DNA of 64,000 nucleotides from Longimicrobiales bacterium (GCA_965248195.1 CBDFIQ010000002.1:3264001-3328000); one strand, 5' to 3'. Positions 52,380 to 62,820 are shown, counted from the stretch's first letter. The notes: generated from the sequence alone by a model not told the origin. Numbers and translations are program-made.

Positions 52380-53282
52380 ATGCGTAAATCGACTACAGCC
52401 CTGATGGTGCTCGCCGTGATCGCGTTCGCGGCCTGCGGTGACGATCCGGCGGATGCGGAGCCAGGAACGCTGGCGCTGTCGTTCACCGGACTCGAACCCC
52501 TGACGAACGGGTTCCACTACGAGGGGTGGGCGATTATCGGCGGGGCGCCGCTCACGACCGGAAAGTTCAACGTTGACAGTGGCGGGGGGTTGGTGGACAC
52601 GAATGGAGCAGCGATCGTCGGCGGGGCCTTCGATACGGGGCTCGACCTCTCGGGCGCCACTGCGATCGTGATCACGATCGAACCGAACGGTGACGTCGAT
52701 GCTGTCCCGGCCAGCACGCACATCGTTTCGGGTGCCGTCGCCGGTGGCTCGGCCAATCTCTTGGTGGGCCACGCATCGGCACTGGGCGACGACTTTACGG
52801 GCGCTTCGGGGTCGTTCATCCTCGCCACACCGACGAACGGCAATGACACCAACGAGAACAGCGGCATCTGGTTCCTGTCCCTTGCGTCGGGCAGCCCAGC
52901 CGTAGGGCTCGAGCTGCCGATGCTTCCAGCGGGGTGGGCGTACGAGGGTTGGGCCGTGATCGCGGGGACGCCGGTCACGACCGGGCGCTTCACCGCGACG
53001 GACGCGGTGGACTTGAGTGACCCCTTCAGCGGCACCGAGCCGGGACCTCCGTTCCCCGGGGAGGACTTTCTCGTAAACGCCCCGACGGGTCTGACCTTCC
53101 CGACCGACCTCGCCGGGGCCACCGCGGTGATCTCGATCGAGCCTGAGCCGGACGACTCGCCGGCGCCGTTCACGCTCAAACCGCTGGTCGGCCTGATCGT
53201 AGCCGACGCGACCGACCACGTCACGTATTCGATCCCCAGCAACTTGGGGAGCTTCCCCACGGGGAATGCAACGATTCAGTAG
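52380..53282 (+). CDS. Lipoprotein with two RskA-C-terminal-like (YEGW..TTG.F..I.IEP) repeats
   Basis: AGGAGG RBS, lipobox AACG, internal duplication. Confidence 0.7.
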   Translation: MRKSTTALMVLAVIAFAACGDDPADAEPGTLALSFTGLEPLTNGFHYEGWAIIGGAPLTTGKFNVDSGGGLVDTNGAAIVGGAFDTGLDLSGATAIVITIEPNGDVDAVPASTHIVSGAVAGGSANLLVGHASALGDDFTGASGSFILATPTNGNDTNENSGIWFLSLASGSPAVGLELPMLPAGWAYEGWAVIAGTPVTTGRFTATDAVDLSDPFSGTEPGPPFPGEDFLVNAPTGLTFPTDLAGATAVISIEPEPDDSPAPFTLKPLVGLIVADATDHVTYSIPSNLGSFPTGNATIQ

Positions 53283-53322
53283 CTTGGCGTCAGCAGCTTG
53301 GCGTCAGGAGCTTGGCGTCAGC
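53281..53322. repeat. 3 x 14-bp tandem repeat AGCTTGGCGTCAG[C/G]
   Basis: Directly visible; followed by a GC hairpin at about 53325-53361. Confidence 0.9.
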
Positions 53323-53430
53323 AGGGCAGGGGTCGGACCCTCGGGTCCGGCCCGTTTGCCTGTTGGATCGTACGCGGCTCGCGCCCACGCGGGCCTGTGA
53401 CCGAGTAGTCGACGTCAGAACGGAGTCTTC

Positions 53431-56179
53431 TCACTCCCTGCGTAGTGCGTGCATCGGGTCCGTCCGAGAGGCCCGCCGAGCCGGAAGCCATGCGGCTGCG
53501 ACCGCTGCCATGACCACCAGGGCGACGATCTGGGCGAAGGTTGCCACATCAGTAGCACGGACATCGTACAGCATCGATCGCATGAAGCGCGTGAGGTAGA
53601 GGGCGCCGACGATGCCCAGCGCGACGCCGATCACCGCCAGGCGCAGGGCTTGGCCTACGATCATGCCCATGACATCACCTCTCTTCGCGCCGAGCGCGAG
53701 CCGGACCGCGATCTCGCCGCGGCGCTGACTCGTTGCGAACGCGATCAAACCGTAGACGCCAACCGTCGCCAGTAGAAACCCCATGAGCGAGAGCCCACCG
53801 AGCAGGACGAGGTTGAATCGCCGCTCGACGAGCGTATCACGGATCAGGCTCTCCACGGTGGCGGCGTGGTACACGCTTTGACGCGGATCGACCGACCAGA
53901 TCTGCTCGCGAAGCGCGGGGATCAGGGCGGCCGCGTCACTCAAAGCTTTGACCACGAACGTGAGGCCTCCTGTTGCATTTTGAGCGAACGGGACGAAGAG
54001 CTCCGGTCGAGGCTCGCTGTCGAAGCTCGTGGGCCGCACGTCCGCGACGACTCCCACGATCTCGCGACTGGCGGGCGCCGCCATGACGCCGACGGTGATT
54101 CGCTGGCCGACGGGGTCTTCTCCCGCGAAGTACCGGTCCGCCATCGTTTGGTTGATGATCGCCACCAACGGTGCGTCCTCGCGGTCGGCTGCCGTGAAGC
54201 CTCGGCCCTGTCGCAGGGGAATTCCCATCACCTGGACGTAGTCCGGTGACGCTACGGTGGCATACGTGCGGGGCAACGGCTCAGTCGGGTCCCGCGGCCG
54301 CAAGTCGATCGAGAATCCCGATTCGGCATCGATCTGGGAGGGATGGAACGGCAGGGCCGACACGATCCCAACGGCTTCTACGCCAGGGACGGCTTCGAGC
54401 GCCTGCTCGATTTCCTCCGCTCGTTGGATGCGCTGGGCCTCGAGTGGGTTTAGGTCCCAGAGGAAGAGTTGGATAGCCGTGCGGTTCTCTACCTCGAAAC
54501 CGAGATCGTTGTCCCGCAGTGCGAGAAAACTCCGGCCAAGCAAGCCTGCGCCGATGAGGAGGATCAGGGCCATCCCGATTTGCCCGACCACCAGGGCGGC
54601 TCCGACGCCTCGACCCCCCCCGACTTACGCGTGACCCGCTGGACGCCGACACCAGCGCCCGCCGAATGTCGGGCCGTGTCGCGTATACCAACGGCGCGAG
54701 TCCGCAGAGAATAGCGGTGAGTAGCGTAATGAGACCCGTGACCAGGACGATCCGGGGCTCGACGCCGATCGTGTTCAAGCGTGGTAGATCCGCCGGGCTC
54801 AACGCCGCAAGCGCGGTGATGCCGCCCCAGGCGACCGCGAGGCCGCCGATCCCCCCCAAGACGGCCAGGACCCCTGCCTCCGTGCCCAGCTGCCGGATCA
54901 ACCGGAGTTGCCCTGCGCCCAGAGCGACGCGCACCCCCAACTCTCCCTCTCGCTCCATGGCCCGTACCAGCATGAGACTCGCCACGTTGGCGCAGGCCAC
55001 CAGGAGCAGGAGCCCGACTGCGCCCATGAGGACGAGCAACGCCGGTCGGACGTTGCCGAGGACATGCTCTTCGAGGGGCCGTACGAGCACACCGGCAGCT
55101 CCGTTCGTCTCCGGAAAGTCCCCTGCCATCTCCCGTGCAACACGATCCATGTCTTGCTGGGCATCACTCAGGCTAGCACCCGGCCCGAGCCGGGCGACCG
55201 CCTGCATGTAGCCGCCCGTGCGGTCTTGATCCTCGCGCGGGCGAAAGGTCTTCGGAGCCCAAAAATCTGCGTACTCCGGATAGTCGAGGCCCTGGGGGAG
55301 GACGCCAACCACCAGCCAGGCGACATTGTCCAGCTCGACTGTCCCACCGATGAGGTCGGGATCTCCACCGAAGCGGCTCTGCCATAGGCGATGGGAAATG
55401 AGCACCGTGCGCGATCCCGCGTAGTACTCATCGTTCAGAAATGCTCGACCGGGCTGGGGCTGGATTCCCGCCGCTTCGAAGAAACCATCCGTCACGAGCC
55501 AGACGGACACAGACTGCGGCGGCCCGTCGCTTCCCGTCAGATCGTAGCCGAAGGGCTCGGCCAGACCCATCGCCGAGAAGCGCGTGGCTCGCCGCTGCCA
55601 TTCCGCGAAGTTGCCCGGAGCCACCTCGAGCGCCTCGTTCCCGGTGGGCGCCTGGACCTCCCACAGGGTCACGATGCGGTCCGCATCCACATTCTCGAGC
55701 GGCCGAAACAGGACGTGATCGGCCGCGCTGAATATCGCCGTGTTCGCCCCGATCCCGACCGCGAGCGTTACGATGGCGACGATCGCGAATCCCGGACGCC
55801 TCCGCAGTTGCCTCCACGCCACCCGCACGTCCTGCCACGTATCACGCATCACTTCCCTCCGGCGCCCTCTACGTCGAATCCGAAAGTCGGTCGCGACACA
55901 GTCCGCTCGTGCGCGATCCATGTCGCCGAACCGGTGCCGTGCCTCGGCCTCCGCCTCCGCGGGTGAATACCCTTTCGTCACGAGTTCGCGCACCCGCATG
56001 TCGAGGTGAAACTCGATCTCTTCATCCACACCCCTTCGGACACTCCCCAGATGGCGAAAGGCATGCTGCAGGACGCGCCGTCGAGGTCGAGGCTCACCGT
56101 CTCCTCGGAGCCGAGGCTCACCCTCTCCTCGGGGCCGAGGCTCACCTTCTCCTCGCGGCCGGCGCTCGTCCGTACTCAC
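53431..56179 (-). pseudogene. ADOP/MacB-type ABC permease frameshifted at a G8 tract (54614-54621)
   Basis: Two overlapping ORFs; G7 restores [15 protein letters not shown]. Confidence 0.85.
56090..56161 (-). repeat. 3 x 24-bp coding tandem repeat (R[PL]RG[ED]GEP)
   Basis: aggctcaccNtctcctcgNNgccg x3. Confidence 0.9.
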
Positions 56180-56517
56180 GATGACTGGGCAGGCAAGAGG
56201 ACTTGCTGAACGGCTTCTACGTACTTCGACCAGCTGGCGGTCTCCACGTCGAGCCGCTGAAGCCCGTCAGCCGTGAGCCGATAGAACCGTGCGCGCTTTC
56301 CGGTTTCCGCGTGGCCCCATTTCGACTCGACCCACCCCCGCTCCTCCATGCGGTGGAGCGCTTGGTAGAGAGTCCCGTCTTCCAGCTCGATAACACCTTC
56401 GGTCGCTCGTTCGAGCTCTGACGCGATACCGTAGCCGTGCCGCTCACGACCGTGGAGCGTGGTGAGGATCAGCACGTGAAGCGTTCCGCGGATGAGCTGG
56501 CGGGTTGGATCGACCAT
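56176..56517 (-). CDS. PadR family regulator
   Basis: [30 protein letters not shown]. Confidence 0.92.
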   Translation of the reverse strand: MVDPTRQLIRGTLHVLILTTLHGRERHGYGIASELERATEGVIELEDGTLYQALHRMEERGWVESKWGHAETGKRARFYRLTADGLQRLDVETASWSKYVEAVQQVLLPAQSS

Positions 56518-56710
56518 GGTGTGCAATCCGGTTGATGGGCTCTCAACAGAGTTTTCGATGGGCTCACATGTGACATAAGGTTCTTATGTAAACCCGAAGG
56601 AGTCAACACCGGGGGTGAGTTGCAGGCCTGCCGCCGCGCGGACTCCCCCCCTTAATCGAGGATCCCCCCGCACTTATACTAAACCGATAAGTTTAATATC
56701 GGAGCCGCAC

Positions 56711-57091
56711 GTGGTGGCATTCTCAGACGAAAAGCTCGACCTGACGTTCGCTGCACTGGCACACCCCACACGGCGGGCGATTCTGACCCGGCTTGCCACC
56801 GAGGGGAGCGCATCGGTCAGCGATCTGGCAGAGCCATTCGACGTTTCTCTCATGGCCATCTCGAAACATCTGAAGGTCATGGGGAAGGCAGGCCTCATTC
56901 GGCGTGAGAAGGATGGTCGCGTGCGCCGATGCACCTTCGATCCCGGTTCCATCGAGATCGCGAGTGATTGGATCGAAGCACATCGCAAATACTGGACACA
57001 GCAGCTGGACTCGCTAGCAGCCTTTCTGGAAGGGCCGAGGACGGGCGGGGGAGGCGAGCGGTTGCCCCACGAGGGAGGAGAACCCCAATGA
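56711..57091 (+). CDS. ArsR/SmtB family regulator
   Basis: FAALAHPTRRAIL, AISKHLKV...AGLI. Confidence 0.9.
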   Translation: MVAFSDEKLDLTFAALAHPTRRAILTRLATEGSASVSDLAEPFDVSLMAISKHLKVMGKAGLIRREKDGRVRRCTFDPGSIEIASDWIEAHRKYWTQQLDSLAAFLEGPRTGGGGERLPHEGGEPQ

Positions 57092-57525
57092 GCGTCGATA
57101 CCATGAATTCCCTAAGGATCACCCTTCTGATTCAGGCGAACCAACAGACGGTCTGGGACGCCTGGACCCAGCCGGACCAGATGAGGCAGTGGTCGTGCCC
57201 CGAACCGGGTGGGGTCCAGGACATCGCCAGCGACTTCCGGATTGGCGGCTCCTACACGATCGCGATGCGGGTCGACGGCAACGACCACACGGCGATCGGC
57301 ACGTACAAGGAGATCGACGCGCCGAACCGCCTGGTTTACACGTGGGACTGGAAGGAGGAGGACAACCGCATGGGTGAGACGCTCGTTACGGTGGAGTTCG
57401 AGGCTCGCGGTGATGCGACGGAGGTCGTCCTCCTCCACACGGGCTTCCCGGCGGTCGAGGCGAAGGACGCGCATGAGCAGGGCTGGGGCGCGTGCATCGC
57501 GCACTTCGAGGCGCTCTTCTCCTAA
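57088..57525 (+). CDS. SRPBCC/AHA1 domain protein
   Basis: VWDAWT.P..M.QW, DFRIGG.Y, H.QGW; ATGA overlap. Confidence 0.9.
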   Translation: MSVDTMNSLRITLLIQANQQTVWDAWTQPDQMRQWSCPEPGGVQDIASDFRIGGSYTIAMRVDGNDHTAIGTYKEIDAPNRLVYTWDWKEEDNRMGETLVTVEFEARGDATEVVLLHTGFPAVEAKDAHEQGWGACIAHFEALFS

Positions 57526-57627
57526 CGGGTACCTACGCTTGCGCGGCCTCCTGCGCGAAGTCACTTTGCCCAGGTCGACTCAGCACGCAAAAAGTGTGTC
57601 GCAGTCCTATCTCCAAGTGAGGCCGTC

Positions 57628-58848
57628 ATGTCACTTTCCGAGCGCTCGAAACGTGTAATTCCCTTCGTTATCGCCCTGACACTATTCGTGGGATGTGCCG
57701 GGCCAGCCGAAGAAGAACTGGTCGTCACTAGTGAAATGACCGCCATGGCATCGGCAGGCACGATATCATCGACCACCATTTCCTCGGGCTTGGTGCTCCC
57801 GCCGAGCGGCATCAGCGGCACGCCGGCGGATAACATAACCGACCCGGCACTGCGAATGCTGCCGAACCCCAATCCGACCGTGATCACCCATTGGGGAAAG
57901 CTGCCTGATGGCCGCGAGTGGGGGTCGACGGCGGGCGCCGATATCGGACCCGACGGGCACGTGTGGGCCTACGACCGGTGCGGATCGGGCTCGGCGGGTG
58001 GACCCGGGATCAGCTGCGACAACAACCCCGTGGACCCGATCGTCAAGTACGACCGTAACACGGGAGAGTTGCTGGCCGCGTTTGGGGCCGGCCTGTTCGT
58101 TACGCCCCACGGAATCCATGTGGACGACGACGGCAACGTCTGGGTGACGGACTTTGCCGGGAACGAGGCCGGCACCAAGGGACACCAGGTGATCAAGTTC
58201 AGCCCCGATGGCGAGGTCCTGATGCGACTCGGCCAGGCGGGCGTACCGGGAAGTGGTCCCGGCCAACTCAACCAGCCAAACGATGTGATCACAGCGCCGA
58301 ACGGGGACATCTTCGTCGCGGACGGGCACAGCGGGCAGGGTCAGAACCCCGCTCCCGGCTCCACCGGACGGATCTTGAAGTACACGGCCGACGGCGAGTT
58401 CATCAAAGAGTGGGGAGAGATCGGGATCGGTCCTGGCGAATTCCGGACGCCTCATGCCTTGGAGATGGACTCGCGGGGCCGCCTATTCGTGGCCGACCGG
58501 GGCAACCACCGAATCCAGATTTTCGACCAGGACGGCAACTATCTGGACTCGTACTACCAGTTCAGTCGGATCAGCGGCCTGTTCATCACCGCTGATGACA
58601 TGCTGTACGCGATCGACTCCGAAACCAACGAGAACAACCACCCTGGCTGGAGTACCGGCATCCGGATCGGGCGCGCCCACGCCGACGTGGTCACCGCGTT
58701 CATCCCGGGGCACGCCTATCAGGACCGGCCCTGGAACACGGCCGGGGAAGGTGTCGCGGTTGACGCCGACGGAAACGTGTACGGGGCGGAGGGACCCGGG
58801 TCCCGGCCGGCCGTCGACGGAGGACTGACGAAATACGTAATACAATAG
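57628..58848 (+). CDS. NHL-repeat lipoprotein, peptidyl-alpha-hydroxyglycine alpha-amidating lyase-like
   Basis: PHGIHVD.DGNVWVTD, FVADG, F.TPH, VADRGNHRIQIFD. Confidence 0.85.
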   Translation: MSLSERSKRVIPFVIALTLFVGCAGPAEEELVVTSEMTAMASAGTISSTTISSGLVLPPSGISGTPADNITDPALRMLPNPNPTVITHWGKLPDGREWGSTAGADIGPDGHVWAYDRCGSGSAGGPGISCDNNPVDPIVKYDRNTGELLAAFGAGLFVTPHGIHVDDDGNVWVTDFAGNEAGTKGHQVIKFSPDGEVLMRLGQAGVPGSGPGQLNQPNDVITAPNGDIFVADGHSGQGQNPAPGSTGRILKYTADGEFIKEWGEIGIGPGEFRTPHALEMDSRGRLFVADRGNHRIQIFDQDGNYLDSYYQFSRISGLFITADDMLYAIDSETNENNHPGWSTGIRIGRAHADVVTAFIPGHAYQDRPWNTAGEGVAVDADGNVYGAEGPGSRPAVDGGLTKYVIQ

Positions 58849-59047
58849 CCTTAGGAGTAGCCTTTGGCGTCCACGCTGGCGGCAGAGCTCGGCGCGGCTA
58901 GAGTGCACATCGTCTTGGTTTTGCGTCGAGGCACCGGAGATCTTCAACCGGGAGCTGATCCGGTTTTTGGGGGCGGAGCGGGAGGTCGTGGCGACGGAGC
59001 GGTGATAGCGGGCGAACTGGGAGTCCTCGCGACGTCACCTTTCTAGG

Positions 59048-59983
59048 ATGAACCGTGACATGCGGCTCCTCATCATGACGGTCGCCGCCGGGTGGGCCTG
59101 TCTCGGTTTCGGCGCGTGCTCCTTCTCCGCGCCCGACCACGAGGACGGCCTGATCCCAGTCAACGGCACCCGGCTCTTCGTGCACCGCGAAGGAGCCGGC
59201 GAGCCGGCGATCGTGATCCACGGCGGCCCGGTACTCGACCATAGCTACCTACAGCCGTATCTCGCGCCGCTCGGCGACGAACTCGAGTTCGTCTTCTACG
59301 ATCAGCGTCTGAGCGGCCGCTCAGACGGGGTGGTCGATAGCACCTCGGTGCGGCTGGGCACGTTCGTGGACGACATCGAGGCGCTGCGCGAGGCGCTGGG
59401 GTTGGGGCGCGTACACTTGATCGCCCACTCGTGGGGTGGGCTGCTCGCCATGAAGTATGCCGCGGCCCACTCCGGCCAGCTGCGCTCGCTCGTGCTTCTC
59501 GACCCCATGGCGCCCACGGTGGCCCTCTGGCGGGAAGAAGAGCAGGAGTTGGGAGCATCCCTCGTGCCCCAGGACACGGCGGGCGCCGGAGCGCTCCGCG
59601 CCACCGAGGCCTTCGCCGCCCGGGAGCCCGCCGCGCTGGAAGCCTTACTTCGGCACTCGTTCCGGAGCCAGTTCCGTGATCGGTCCCTGGCCGAGGACCT
59701 CACCTTCCACATCGGGGAGGATTACCTGGAGCGCAGCCGGCAGTTCGGATTCATAATCGGCGACCTCACCACCTTCGATCTGACGGAGGCTCTGCGCGAC
59801 GTCGAGGTGCCGACGCTGATCCTTTACGGGGAGGACGAGCCCGGCGCGAGCATCGGCGGCGACGCCATCGCCGAGGCCATACCCAGCGCCCAGCGCGTAA
59901 CCATTCCAGCTTCAGGGCACTTTCCATTCATGGAGCAGCCCGAGGCCTTCCTGGACGCGGTGCGGGCGTTCCTCGCCCGTTAG
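59048..59983 (+). CDS. Alpha/beta hydrolase, proline iminopeptidase-like lipoprotein
   Basis: HGGP, YDQR..GRS, HSWGG, GHFPFMEQP. Confidence 0.88.
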   Translation: MNRDMRLLIMTVAAGWACLGFGACSFSAPDHEDGLIPVNGTRLFVHREGAGEPAIVIHGGPVLDHSYLQPYLAPLGDELEFVFYDQRLSGRSDGVVDSTSVRLGTFVDDIEALREALGLGRVHLIAHSWGGLLAMKYAAAHSGQLRSLVLLDPMAPTVALWREEEQELGASLVPQDTAGAGALRATEAFAAREPAALEALLRHSFRSQFRDRSLAEDLTFHIGEDYLERSRQFGFIIGDLTTFDLTEALRDVEVPTLILYGEDEPGASIGGDAIAEAIPSAQRVTIPASGHFPFMEQPEAFLDAVRAFLAR

Positions 59984-60059
59984 GAGCCGCCTCACGTGCC
60001 TATTTGGATTCTAGTACTCGTCGTTACGATGACCTGGTACATCAACTGAGCTTCATGCA

Positions 60060-60479
60060 ATGAGCAGACCACCTCTGCAAGGGATGTTGGAGTTCGGTCT
60101 GTACGTGAAGGACGTTACGCGAGCGGCCGATTTCTACCACCTCCTCTTTGGTTTTCCAGTGCTGATCTCGAAAGAGCGGATGGCGGCGCTCGACGTGGAG
60201 GGGAAGCAGATACTGCTACTGTTCAAGCACGGGGCGTCGAGCGAGCCCATGAACATGCCTGGGGGTGTGCTACCACCGCACGATGGTGAAGGAACATCTC
60301 ATGTCGCCTTCGCCATCCAGGGGAGTGACTTGGAGCCCTGGGAGCATTGGCTTCGAGAGCAAGGCGTCGAAGTAGAGAGCAAGGTCGAGTGGGAGGAGGG
60401 AGGCCGGAGCCTTTACTTCCGAGACCTGGACGGCCATCTGCTCGAGCTCGTGACGCCGGGTGTGTGGGAAACCTATTGA
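60060..60479 (+). CDS. VOC/glyoxalase family protein
   Basis: LE..LYV.D, HVAF, SLYFRD.DGHLLEL.TPG.W. Confidence 0.9.
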   Translation: MSRPPLQGMLEFGLYVKDVTRAADFYHLLFGFPVLISKERMAALDVEGKQILLLFKHGASSEPMNMPGGVLPPHDGEGTSHVAFAIQGSDLEPWEHWLREQGVEVESKVEWEEGGRSLYFRDLDGHLLELVTPGVWETY

Positions 60480-60508
60480 TCCGAGTGCGTTTGTCGGATC
60501 GAGGCCGC

Positions 60509-60670
60509 TCAAGGAATTGCCAGCACCCCGTGATAGCGGTGACGGTGGATGCGGGGCGGGTGAATGAGTAGGGCGAGTCGCTCGAGGAACTCGAGGGGGG
60601 TGAGCGAGAGCGCGGTGGCGCCGTCCGGTGCGGGACGGGGAAGACGATAGACGATGCGCTCGCCTCCAGG
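60509..60670 (-). pseudogene. IS91-family (Y2) transposase fragment
   Basis: YRLPRPAPDG.T.L.LTPLEFLERLA.LI.PPR.HRHRYHGVLA. Confidence 0.8.
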
Positions 60671-60693
60671 CGCACCGTCCCCGGTAGCCTCGC

Positions 60694-60921
60694 GTGCCCG
60701 AGGAGCTGTCCGCCCAGGAAGCCTTGTTCCCGAGTGCAGCGGCGGTGCACTTCGGCCCGGAAGAGGCCTCCTTGGCAGCAAAGTTGTACGGCTCGGTGCC
60801 GCGTCCGCGAGGCCGGGAGATCGATCTCACCATCGCCTCGTGTGCCGTTACATGGGACGCCGTTCTCTGGACGCTCAACGTGGATGATTTCACCGATGTC
60901 CCGGGGCTACGGATGAGCCGA
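60694..60921 (+). pseudogene. 3' half of a PIN-domain (VapC-like) toxin gene
   Basis: REIDLTIA.CA....A.LWTLN.DDF.DVPGL; N-terminal PIN strand absent. Confidence 0.7.
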
Positions 60922-61027
60922 CCTGATGGATCTGGCCCTCTCGCTCGGCTCTTGCGGCGAGCGAGGTACCGCGGTCGAAGTCGAGACCCCAGATGGCCGC
61001 CCACTGCTCCCGAACTGACACAGGAAA

Positions 61028-61055
61028 GCCCCGGGATCCTTTCGGATCCCGGGGC
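61028..61055 (-). terminator. 12-bp perfect hairpin, terminator of 61124-62533
   Basis: gccccgggatcc-tttc-ggatcccggggc, followed by TTTCC on the minus strand. Confidence 0.65.
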
Positions 61056-61123
61056 CTGTCTCCACACACTCGGCGGCGTTTGGTCAACCGTCAAACGCAA
61101 ACATCGCCGTCGTGTATAGCCTC

Positions 61124-62533
61124 CTAGCCGTTTTCATCGTCGTCATCATCGTCGTCATCGGTGAGCTCCACTGTGACCGTGGTCGTGTTCCCCGAGGCGT
61201 CAGTGCACGTGACCGTGAGCGTGATCGAGGGGGCCTCGATCTTGAGGATCCCGTCGTCCCACTCTACCTCGTCGTCGTCGAGCTCCAGCTCTACGATCTG
61301 GCCGTTCGCCACGGCGATGCCGTTGATGTCCGCGCTGCTCACAGGGCTGGCGTCGACGGCGTCGGTGCAGGTGAACACCACTCGGAACTCGTCGTCGTCA
61401 TCACCCACCGGCACCAGGGCGGCGGTCACGTCGGGCGGTGTGGCGTCCTCGAGCAGCGTCAAGCTGCTCGGCCCGGACAGGCCGGTGACGATGTCCATCA
61501 CGCCAGTCCCGTCTAGGTTGGCGCTTTGGATCTTAAGCGTCAACTCGTCGACCCAGAGGATCTTGCCTGCGTGTAGATCGAGAACCAGGTCGCGAGGCCT
61601 CGACAGGCCGGTCACGATCGTCGTCAAGCCACCTGAACCGTCGGCGTTCGCCCGCCAGATCGTTCCGCTCCCGCTACCCGCGGGGACATGCTGACCGAAG
61701 TACACGTGGTTGTTGGCTGCGTCCACCGCGACTCCGCGGCCCCGGCCGTCCAGGTGGGGAGCGACGGACGTGATAAAGTTCCCGGCCAGGTCGGTCTTCA
61801 CGATCCCCGAGGGCCCAGGGGGGGTCAAGACACCGATGTCGCCGTAGTAGAGGTGTCCGTTGGCCGGATCGACGGTGAGCCCGTCGATGAACCAGCCGGC
61901 GAGCGTGCCGGCAGGTGACACAGAACCGGAGGGCCACGTCTTGATGAGGTCGATCAGACCCGTGCCGTCGGTGTTGACCCTCCGGACCCCGTGGAACGGG
62001 CTAAAACTCACGGAGAGTGCCATGTAGACATGGCCTGCGGCGACGTCCACATCGATGTCGTTGACACCGCCCTGCCCGTGATCGACGAGGGTCGTGACGC
62101 CGGACCCGTCCAGGGCAGAACGCATGGTCTTGCCGGTGGTGTTGAAGTTGCCGAAATCGTTCCAGTAGATGTGGCCGTTGACGTGGTCCAGGGCGATCCC
62201 CCTGGGACGGACACCTGCGGCCGCAACCAGGGTCGTCAGGCCTGTCCCGTCCGGGTTGACGGACCGGATCGTTCCCGCGCCACCACCGGCTCTATCGGCT
62301 CCGCCGTCCGTGAAAAAGATCTTCACGACGGGACTCGTCGCAACGGTCGCGAATGAGGGGCCGCCCTCGAAGGCCACGGCCGTCGGTGATGACACTTCGT
62401 CGCTACAGGAGGCGACCGCCAGCAGGAGCAGGAGGCTGGAGATCGGCCAGAGCGATAACCTCCCGCTCCGGGCTCCTGATGAGGAATCTCGACGGGTCGG
62501 TCCCGCAAGCGGTAACCTTGTAGGGCGCTTCAT
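61124..62533 (-). CDS. Lipoprotein with YWTD/LDLR-class-B-like beta-propeller, Ig-like C-domain and poly-Asp tail
   Basis: PRGIALD...GHIYWND, RSALDGS, ILWVD...IQSANLDG; AGGAGG RBS; lipobox VASC. Confidence 0.75.
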   Translation of the reverse strand: MKRPTRLPLAGPTRRDSSSGARSGRLSLWPISSLLLLLAVASCSDEVSSPTAVAFEGGPSFATVATSPVVKIFFTDGGADRAGGGAGTIRSVNPDGTGLTTLVAAAGVRPRGIALDHVNGHIYWNDFGNFNTTGKTMRSALDGSGVTTLVDHGQGGVNDIDVDVAAGHVYMALSVSFSPFHGVRRVNTDGTGLIDLIKTWPSGSVSPAGTLAGWFIDGLTVDPANGHLYYGDIGVLTPPGPSGIVKTDLAGNFITSVAPHLDGRGRGVAVDAANNHVYFGQHVPAGSGSGTIWRANADGSGGLTTIVTGLSRPRDLVLDLHAGKILWVDELTLKIQSANLDGTGVMDIVTGLSGPSSLTLLEDATPPDVTAALVPVGDDDDEFRVVFTCTDAVDASPVSSADINGIAVANGQIVELELDDDEVEWDDGILKIEAPSITLTVTCTDASGNTTTVTVELTDDDDDDDDENG

Positions 62534-62820
62534 GAGTACCTCCTGGTATGGGTCCACCCGGCACAGCCGATGTCATGTTACGGAGAGGTTCGGCACAACT
62601 GACCCCGCGGCTTACTCAGCCACCTCGAAACCACTTTCGTACCGATACACATCCGAGCCCCATCCCATCACCAGGGCAAAAGCGCGCTACGGGGGGATGT
62701 CGGCAGTGCCCTCAAATCGCGAATGTCTTGAATCTAGGCGCCGACCACCGCCCACACCCGCAGTATGTTGCGCAATATGCGCGAGATGTTGCTCTTTTTG
62801 CGAAGGATCTTGCGCTTTGG

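Noticed and set aside
51918..53219. 1030-aa histidine kinase with a huge N-terminal extension
   Set aside because: The extension is Arg-rich and antisense to the lipoprotein gene; the TM-based start is 51917
53281..53322. CRISPR array
   Set aside because: 14-bp units with no spacers and no cas genes
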